Origin: Gemmatimonadaceae bacterium
GTDB taxonomy: Bacteria > Gemmatimonadota > Gemmatimonadetes > Gemmatimonadales > Gemmatimonadaceae
Direction of reading: 5' to 3'
Length of the DNA: 64,000 nucleotides
Assembly (NCBI GenBank): GCA_035575795.1
Contig: DATLXE010000559.1
Coordinates: forward strand, 3,497-67,496
The position numbers and the translations under genes are program-made. The stretch's first letter is position 1. Each line of letters starts with the position of its first letter. A model generated the notes under the pieces. The model worked only from the letters and a program-made list of their open reading frames with translations. It had not been told where the DNA came from and searched no databases. Below are positions 57,580 to 64,000 of this stretch, one piece after another.

Positions 57580-58964
57580 TGGGCGGGAACGGTTCAGCGT
57601 CGCGATTGGCAATGTGGGATGACACCATTGTCGCTCTCGCCACCGCACCGGGCAGAGGAGCGATCGCGGTGGTGAGGCTAAGCGGACCGGATGCATTCCG
57701 GATCGCCGAGCGACACATCACGCCGTGGCCGATCTCTCCGCGGACGGCGGAGCTGTGCGAGGTGAGCGAGAAGTCACGGCGGCTCGATCAGGCAATCGTA
57801 ACCACGTTTATCGCCCCGGCGTCGTTTACGGGAGAGGACGTCGTCGAGATTTCGACACACGGTGGCAACGTTGTGCCGGCGTCCATCGTCGCCGCTCTCA
57901 TATCCTCCGGCGCCCGGCAGGCACTACCGGGCGAATTTACGCGCCGCGCGGTGCTGAACGGCAAGCTCGACATCCTGCAGGCGGAAGCGGTCGGCGACCT
58001 GATCGACGCCCGTTCGCGCGCGATGCAGAATGTCGCCCTTTCACAGCTCGATGGGGGCCTGTCCCGACGTCTGGTGGCACTTCGCGACGAGCTGATCCAT
58101 CTCGAAGCGCTGATCGCCTACGATATTGATTTTCCGGAGGAGGACGACGGTCCAATCGCCCCGCGCCGCATCGATGAAGCAGCTCGTCGCAGCATCGACG
58201 CGCTGGAGGCACTGCTTGCCACGGCAGCGGTAGGCGAGATCATTCGAGAAGGCGCCGTGATCGCGATCGTCGGTCCCCCCAACGCCGGAAAATCCTCGCT
58301 GTTCAACGCGCTGCTCGGTCACTCGCGCGCCATTGTGACCGAATTGCCGGGTACGACCCGCGATGCGCTCGAGGCTGTCGTCGACACGGGTCGCTGGCCA
58401 CTCCGGCTGGTGGATACCGCCGGGCTTCGTGAGACGGACGACAGAATCGAGAAGCTGGGGATCGAGATGAGCAACCGATATGTAACCGCGGCTCACGTCG
58501 TGCTCGCGTGCGCCGAGGACGAGCGGGGATTGCGGGACACGGTAGCCGCGGTGCGAGCGCTCTCTGATGCCGCCGTCATCGGTGTCGGTACCAAGTCCGA
58601 TTTAGTACCTCATGGCTACCAAGTAACGGATCTTGGACTGTACACCTGGCTGGCGGTGAGCACCGAGCTCGGCTCGGGGTTACCGGAGCTTATCGCCCGG
58701 ATCGAACAGTCGCTGGTGTCGAGTCACGCGGAACCCGGAGGCGACCTGCCGGTGCTCACGCGCACCAGGCACCGGCACGCGATCGCGCTGGCGCGAGCGG
58801 AGCTGCAACTGTTTCAGAGCGGATGGAAGGAGGAGAGTCTTCCCGCTACCGTTGCGTCGGTCCATCTCCGTACCGCCGCCGCCGCGCTCGAAGAGCTGAT
58901 CGGATCGATAGACGTCGATGATGTCTTCGACCGGGTGTTCAGCTCCTTCTGTGTGGGGAAATAG
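57579..58964 (+). CDS. mnmE: tRNA modification GTPase
   Basis: DTIVALAT, SFTGED, GEFTRRA, GPPNAGKSS, GTTRD, DTAG, FCVGK. Start at 57579 or 57612. Confidence 0.96.
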   Translation: MGGNGSASRLAMWDDTIVALATAPGRGAIAVVRLSGPDAFRIAERHITPWPISPRTAELCEVSEKSRRLDQAIVTTFIAPASFTGEDVVEISTHGGNVVPASIVAALISSGARQALPGEFTRRAVLNGKLDILQAEAVGDLIDARSRAMQNVALSQLDGGLSRRLVALRDELIHLEALIAYDIDFPEEDDGPIAPRRIDEAARRSIDALEALLATAAVGEIIREGAVIAIVGPPNAGKSSLFNALLGHSRAIVTELPGTTRDALEAVVDTGRWPLRLVDTAGLRETDDRIEKLGIEMSNRYVTAAHVVLACAEDERGLRDTVAAVRALSDAAVIGVGTKSDLVPHGYQVTDLGLYTWLAVSTELGSGLPELIARIEQSLVSSHAEPGGDLPVLTRTRHRHAIALARAELQLFQSGWKEESLPATVASVHLRTAAAALEELIGSIDVDDVFDRVFSSFCVGK

Positions 58965-58973
58965 GGCGGCCGA

Positions 58974-59912
58974 TCAGGCCGAAGCGGCGGAAGAGCTGGC
59001 GATGGAGGTGATTTCGTTCGCGCTCGCCCGCGCCGTCCAGGAAAGTCCGCGTGCTGCCACCGCTGGCTCGACCATGCGACTTCCAAGGAAGTAGCCACTT
59101 CTCTCGGGAAACACGTGACGGTCGACGGTGCGTGCTTCGTCGCTCATGCCGCCGGAGAGATAGCGGAGGCGAAGGCCTAGGCCTGAGCGATCGAGGTCGG
59201 CGGCGAGGGCTCTCGTCATCATCGGCTCCAGCTCTCTCACCGTCGCATACTCGCGCCGGGTGTAGCCGTAGTATTCCCAGGCGGCATGACCCGGGCTCAC
59301 GGCGCGCGACACCTGGATGGAGATGCCCTCGTTGATCATCAGCTCCCTGAGGGAAGCCCGGCGGCCCGTTTCCCAGTAGGAGTAGTATCCAGCCGTCTCG
59401 TCGACGAGCTGCTTCATCTCGCTCCGGCTCGTCGGCGATGTGTAGCGCACGGTGTGAGCGATCTCATGCGCGAGCCAGAGAGGGATCAGTTCCGGGTCGA
59501 GCCCGAGGCCCTGAGTTTCGGGATTCGTGACGCTGGTGAAGTGCTCGAGGCACACGAAAGCGATGCCCCTGCCGTCCACGACGAGCTCACCGGCGTTTGC
59601 GGCGCCGACTCCAACCATCAGGACGACGTCGATGCTGGTGTCGATGTCGAGCAGGGTGCGGACCTGCTCCTCCGTATTTCGAGCCAGTGAGACGACATCG
59701 ATTCTCTCCAGCATCGTTCTCAGGTCGACGCGGCTGGCGAGGGCGGCGGAGCGTACTACTTCGAGAAAGTGCGGACCACCGGGATCCAGCACGTAATTGT
59801 GCCAGTACGCCTCGAGGAAACGGCGGTGATTTTCAAAGTAGCGGAGATAGGCGGCGACACGGTCGGTACTGTTGTGGACGGCGAAAAAGTCAGGCAGCAG
59901 GTTGATGAGCAT
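58974..59912 (-). CDS. putative zinc metalloprotease (DUF2268-like)
   Basis: LAHEIAH (HExxH), downstream NEG, and GY.LG near the C-terminus. Confidence 0.65.
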   Translation of the reverse strand: MLINLLPDFFAVHNSTDRVAAYLRYFENHRRFLEAYWHNYVLDPGGPHFLEVVRSAALASRVDLRTMLERIDVVSLARNTEEQVRTLLDIDTSIDVVLMVGVGAANAGELVVDGRGIAFVCLEHFTSVTNPETQGLGLDPELIPLWLAHEIAHTVRYTSPTSRSEMKQLVDETAGYYSYWETGRRASLRELMINEGISIQVSRAVSPGHAAWEYYGYTRREYATVRELEPMMTRALAADLDRSGLGLRLRYLSGGMSDEARTVDRHVFPERSGYFLGSRMVEPAVAARGLSWTARASANEITSIASSSAASA

Positions 59913-59933
59913 CAACGACCAGTTCGCGGGGTG

Positions 59934-59993
59934 AAAAACGTGTCGCGCGTTTTTGCGATGCGAGAAGATACAATTGCCTCAAACTCTCAACAA
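59934..59993 (-). promoter_or_regulatory. sigma70-type promoter plus downstream palindrome
   Basis: TTGTTG (59993-59988), N17, TATCTT (59970-59965); AAAAACG-N7-CGTTTTT at 59934-59954. Confidence 0.45.
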
Positions 59994-60150
59994 GACCGAT
60001 CTCGTCGCATCTGGTCGTAACAAAAAAACATTTTGCCGGAACGATTGTATTCCTCTCTTGACTTTTTGCCGAAGAGAGAAAGGGGGAATTTCACGGTGCT
60101 GGATCTTTGCCAGCCTGTGCGTAACAGGTGACGAAGTCGTCTGTCGGCAG

Positions 60151-60801
60151 TCAGCGGGTTCCGAACAGGCGGTCGCCCGCATCCCCAAGTCCCGGAAGTA
60201 TGTAGCCCTGGCTGTTGAGTTCCCGGTCAAGTGCCGCGCAGTATATCTGGACGTCGGGATGCGCCTCGCTCAGCGTCCTGACGCCCTCGGGAGCGGCGAC
60301 GACACACAGGAACCGGATTCGCGTTGCCCCGGCGCGCTTGAGCGAAGAGACCGCGGCGACAGCGCTGCCTCCCGTTGCGAGCATCGGGTCGAGGAGAAAG
60401 AAATCCCGCTCGCCGGGATCGCCCGGCACCTTGAAGTAGTAGTCGACCGGCTTGAGGGTGTCGTGATCGCGGTAAAGTCCGATGTGTCCGACCCGGGCCG
60501 AGGGAACGAGGCGCAGAATTCCCTCCACCATTCCGAGTCCGGCGCGGAGTATCGGCACGAGTGTCAGCTTCTTCCCACTGATGTGCCAGCCGGAAGTTTT
60601 CTCGAGGGGCGTGTCCACATCGCGCTCCTCGAGCGCCAGCTCGCAGGTGGCCTCGTACGCCATCAGCATCGCGATCTCGTCCACCAGCTCCTTGAAATGC
60701 TTCGTCTCGGTGCGCTGATCGCGCAGGATGGTCAGCTTGTGCTGGACAAGAGGATGCCGGATAATAGTCAGGCAGGGAAATTCCTTTACACGCTCTATCA
60801 T
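60151..60801 (-). CDS. upp: uracil phosphoribosyltransferase
   Basis: [34 protein letters not shown]. Confidence 0.97.
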   Translation of the reverse strand: MIERVKEFPCLTIIRHPLVQHKLTILRDQRTETKHFKELVDEIAMLMAYEATCELALEERDVDTPLEKTSGWHISGKKLTLVPILRAGLGMVEGILRLVPSARVGHIGLYRDHDTLKPVDYYFKVPGDPGERDFFLLDPMLATGGSAVAAVSSLKRAGATRIRFLCVVAAPEGVRTLSEAHPDVQIYCAALDRELNSQGYILPGLGDAGDRLFGTR

Positions 60802-60818
60802 TCCGTCTCCGGCGACCG

Positions 60819-60995
60819 ATGAAAGAATACCAGGCTGTGGTGGTGAAGCTAACCCGCCATACGCGCGAGGACGAAGACACGCTTACCGACCTGCTCAACG
60901 AGCGGAGCAGGGGAGGGTGGGAGCCCGCCCTCATGTCGCAGGACGAGCAGCGGCTCACCATCCTGTTCCAGCGCGACGCCCTGGCCGAGGGCTAG
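60819..60995 (+). CDS. small DUF4177-like protein (58 aa)
   Basis: Manual translation [58 protein letters not shown]: EY...LN...GWE...F.R pattern; ends 4 bp before the next gene. Confidence 0.7.
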   Translation: MKEYQAVVVKLTRHTREDEDTLTDLLNERSRGGWEPALMSQDEQRLTILFQRDALAEG

Positions 60996-60999
60996 TCGG

Positions 61000-62382
61000 T
61001 TGGAGATAACATTCGCGGGCGCGGCGCGCGAGGTAACCGGGTCGTGCCACCTGCTCCACGTGAACGGCCACACGGTAGCGCTCGACTGCGGCATGTTCCA
61101 GGGAAAGCGGGCAGAGTCCGCGGAGAAGAACAGGAAGCTGCCGCTGCCGATTGCGGAAATCGACGCCGTCGTCCTGTCGCACGCCCACATCGACCACTCG
61201 GGCCGTCTCCCCTATCTCGTCGCCGAAGGCTACGGCAAGACTATCTTCGCCACGAACGCCACCCGCGATCTCTGCGCGATAATGCTCGCCGACTCCGCGC
61301 ACATCCAGGAGAAAGACGCGCTTTTCCTCGCCAAGAGAGAGAAGGAGTTCGTGGAGCCGCTCTATGGAATGCGGCACGCGGTGCGGACGATGGAGCTGAT
61401 GATCGGGATGCCGTACGACAAGCCGTTCGACGTCGTACCCGGGGTCCGCGCCACCTATGTCGATGCCGGCCATATCCTCGGCTCGGCGTCGGTCATTCTG
61501 GATTGCACCGAGGGTGGCATCACGAAACGACTGGTGTTTTCCGGCGACATCGGTCGCAGCGGCCTCGCGATCATCCGCGATCCGGTGCCGCCTGAGGGCG
61601 CCGACGCGCTGATCATGGAATCTACCTACGGCAACCGCGACCACGAATCCGTGGAAGGCGCGAAAGCGGAGCTGGCCCAGGTGATTCGCGACACTGCGGC
61701 GCGCGGCGGGCGGGTACTGATTCCGGCGTTTGCCGTCGGCCGCACGCAGGAGATGATCTACAACATCCACGCGCTGGTCAGGGAGAAAGCGATACCGCCG
61801 ATCCCCATCTACCTGGATAGTCCGCTGGCGATCGACACGACGACCGTCTTCGAGATGCACCCGGAGATCTTCGACCAGTCGGAGCAGATGGTCGAGAAGG
61901 TGAAGGAGCTGTTCAGGTTCGATCTCATGCAGTTCACGCGCGACGTGGAGGACTCGAAGGCGCTCAGCAGGGCGCGCGGGCCGATGGTTATCATCGCGGC
62001 ATCGGGGATGATGGAAAACGGCCGTATCCTTCACCATCTGATGCAGGGAGCGAGCGATCCGCGCAACACGATCCTGGTCGTCGGATTTCAGGCCGAGCAC
62101 ACACTGGGTCGCAGGGTGGTGGAGCGGCAGCCGGTGCTCAAGATCTTCGGAGAGGAAGTTCCGCTTCGCGCCAGGGTAGTCATCATCAACGGCTACAGCG
62201 CGCACGCCGACCGCAACGAGATGACGTCCTGGCTTGGACGCGTAAAGGAAAAATCCCCGAAGCTGGGGCCGGTCTGGCTCGTGCACGGCGAGCCGGAAGT
62301 TCAGGACGAATTCAGGGCTGCGTTGAGAGCCAAAGGCTATGCCGTAGAGTGTCCGGAGCCTAACACGCGGGGTGTTTTCTAG
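61000..62382 (+). CDS. MBL/beta-CASP ribonuclease (YSH1/CPSF73-like)
   Basis: VTGSC, SHAHIDHSG, AGHILGS, ESTYG, PAFAVGR, SAHAD, LVHGE. Confidence 0.9.
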   Translation: MEITFAGAAREVTGSCHLLHVNGHTVALDCGMFQGKRAESAEKNRKLPLPIAEIDAVVLSHAHIDHSGRLPYLVAEGYGKTIFATNATRDLCAIMLADSAHIQEKDALFLAKREKEFVEPLYGMRHAVRTMELMIGMPYDKPFDVVPGVRATYVDAGHILGSASVILDCTEGGITKRLVFSGDIGRSGLAIIRDPVPPEGADALIMESTYGNRDHESVEGAKAELAQVIRDTAARGGRVLIPAFAVGRTQEMIYNIHALVREKAIPPIPIYLDSPLAIDTTTVFEMHPEIFDQSEQMVEKVKELFRFDLMQFTRDVEDSKALSRARGPMVIIAASGMMENGRILHHLMQGASDPRNTILVVGFQAEHTLGRRVVERQPVLKIFGEEVPLRARVVIINGYSAHADRNEMTSWLGRVKEKSPKLGPVWLVHGEPEVQDEFRAALRAKGYAVECPEPNTRGVF

Positions 62383-62395
62383 CGTAGCTTGAGGA

Positions 62396-63001
62396 ATGTG
62401 GCGCGCCCTCCTGATCGTACGCCGGATCATCGGCATTGCTGCTCTGATGGCGCTTGCGATGTGGGTGATTTCCGCGGCGTCGGTGCTCCGCTGGAGTTCG
62501 CGGGATGAAGCTCGCAGGGCGCACGCGATCGTCGTCCTCGGCGCCGCCCAGTATGCGGGCAAGCCATCGCCCGTCCTCAAGGCTCGGCTGGATCATTCGC
62601 TCGCTCTCTGGAACCGCGAGCTCGCATCGCTGCTCATTCTTACCGGCGGCACCGGCCGCGGCGACACGACCAGTGAAGCGGCTGTCGGTCGGGCGTACGC
62701 CAGGAAGCGGGGCGTTCCGGACACGGCGATCCTGGTTGAGAACGAAGGCAAGACGACGAGCGAGTCGATGCGCGCCGTTGCCGGACTGCTCGAGGCGCGC
62801 GGGCTGAACACCGCGGTGCTCGTCAGCGACCCGTTTCACATGCTGCGGCTCCGCATTCTGGCGCGGCGTTTCGGGTTCACTCCGTTTACCTCACCTACGC
62901 GCACCAGCCCCATCTCCCCGAACCGCGAGGCGCGGTGGAGGTATATCTTGGGAGAATCGGTAAAGGCCCCGCTGGCGTTCTTTTTCGAGAGGAAGCTGTG
63001 A
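62396..63001 (+). CDS. YdcF/DUF218 (SanA/ElyC) family protein
   Basis: N-terminal TM, IVVLGA, RLD, TGG, SEA, VSDPFH, E. Confidence 0.88.
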   Translation: MWRALLIVRRIIGIAALMALAMWVISAASVLRWSSRDEARRAHAIVVLGAAQYAGKPSPVLKARLDHSLALWNRELASLLILTGGTGRGDTTSEAAVGRAYARKRGVPDTAILVENEGKTTSESMRAVAGLLEARGLNTAVLVSDPFHMLRLRILARRFGFTPFTSPTRTSPISPNREARWRYILGESVKAPLAFFFERKL

Positions 63002-64000
63002 AGACGAAACATTCATTAGTTACTATCTGCTACTTAGCGGCGAGCGCGTTCGTACCGGTCGCGGGCCACTCGCAGACAACTCCCCGCATTGCGTTCGAGA
63101 AGTACACGCTGCCCAACGGGCTGCAGGTGATCCTGCACGAAGACCATTCGACTCCGGTCGTTGCCGTCAACACCTGGTACCACGTCGGCTCGGGTGACGA
63201 GCAGCCGGGACGCACCGGATTCGCGCACCTCTTCGAACACATCATGTTCATGGGGTCGCAGAACGTACCCGTGGGAATGTTCGACAAGTGGCTCGAGGCT
63301 GTCGGGGCCAACAACAACGGTTCGACCACCGAAGACCGGACCAACTACTACGAGACTCTCCCCTCCAACGCGCTCGAGCTTGCACTGTGGCTCGATGCCG
63401 ACAGGATGGGATTTCTTCTGCCGACGATGGACCTGCCCAAGGTCGACCTCCAGCGCGACGTCGTAAAGAACGAGCGCCGGCAGGGAGTGGACAATCAGCC
63501 GTACGGCCGAGCCGACGAGACGATTCTCGCCGCTCTCTACCCGAAGGACCACCCGTATTCGTGGCCCGTCATCGGATCGATGGCCGACCTGAGCGCCGCC
63601 TCGGTCGAGGACACCAAGAATTTTTTCCGCACCTACTACGCCCCCAACAACGCGACGCTCGCAATCGCCGGCGACTTCGATCCGAAGACGGTGAAACAGC
63701 TCGTCGCCAAGTACTTCGGCGGAATCCCGCGCGGGCCGGCGGTGAAGAGAAGGATGACCGTGCCGGCGGTAGTCATTCCGCGCGACAAGTTCATCGTGCT
63801 GGAAGACAAGGTCCAGCTGCCGCGCGTGTTCTACACGTGGCACTCAGTGAAGGCGTTTGCGAAAGACGATGCCGCGCTCGACATCCTCGCACAGGTCATC
63901 GCCAACGACAAGAACTCGCGGCTCTACAAGAAGCTCGTGTACGACCTGCAGGTAGCGCAGACGGTACGAGCGAGCCAGGAAAGCGGGCGTCTGGACGGTA
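62998..64000 (+). CDS. M16 family zinc peptidase, truncated by window edge
   Basis: Manual translation from GTG 62998: signal peptide, LPNGLQV, WYHVGS..E.PGRTGFAHLFEHIMF, NGSTTEDRTNY, YYAPNNA. Confidence 0.92.
   Translation, partial: MKTKHSLVTICYLAASAFVPVAGHSQTTPRIAFEKYTLPNGLQVILHEDHSTPVVAVNTWYHVGSGDEQPGRTGFAHLFEHIMFMGSQNVPVGMFDKWLEAVGANNNGSTTEDRTNYYETLPSNALELALWLDADRMGFLLPTMDLPKVDLQRDVVKNERRQGVDNQPYGRADETILAALYPKDHPYSWPVIGSMADLSAASVEDTKNFFRTYYAPNNATLAIAGDFDPKTVKQLVAKYFGGIPRGPAVKRRMTVPAVVIPRDKFIVLEDKVQLPRVFYTWHSVKAFAKDDAALDILAQVIANDKNSRLYKKLVYDLQVAQTVRASQESGRLDG

Noticed and set aside
59916-60150. 6S RNA or known riboswitch
   Set aside because: Complementarity is patchy, no conserved aptamer motifs were recognised, and a promoter explains the AT-richness.
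1-64000. Numerous long antisense or alternate-frame ORFs (e.g. 11-1054, 7150-8271, 40040-41194, 60955-62580)
   Set aside because: Shadow ORFs of recognisable genes in GC-rich DNA; Arg/Ala/Pro-rich and without family motifs.
1-64000. CRISPR array, transposase, integrase, prophage, defence system, tRNA or rRNA
   Set aside because: No regularly spaced repeats, catalytic signatures or cloverleaf motifs seen; the window is core origin-proximal DNA.

Overview
A GC-rich bacterial core-genome window that spans the chromosomal replication origin. It contains dnaN, oriC, dnaA, then divergent rpmH-rnpA-yidD-yidC-MBL-mnmE. rnpB, polA, parS/parAB and mnmG lie on the dnaN side. Gene content and protein styles suggest Gemmatimonadota (inference, not searched). 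It also holds an ArgR-controlled arginine cluster, a serine operon with an embedded FAD D-2-hydroxyacid dehydrogenase, ispG, murB, pyrE, upp, M16 peptidases and several orphan signalling proteins. I found no transposase, integrase, prophage, CRISPR array, rRNA or tRNA. Best leads: (1) a beta-clamp-binding-like pentapeptide (QMDFF) inside DnaA, and a second (QGELL) in a large PolA insertion; (2) rnpA has no usable start codon of its own and its frame is open through all of rpmH; (3) serA, a D2HGDH-like gene, serB and a class V aminotransferase are coupled in one operon; (4) about 10 genes appear leaderless, with TAnnnT boxes 5-9 nt before the start; (5) a Bacillus-like DnaA-trio unwinding module, a perfect Rex operator, and several catalytically degenerate paralogs (HisA, Wzc, Smr). 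All calls come from motif recognition by eye; no database searches were run.
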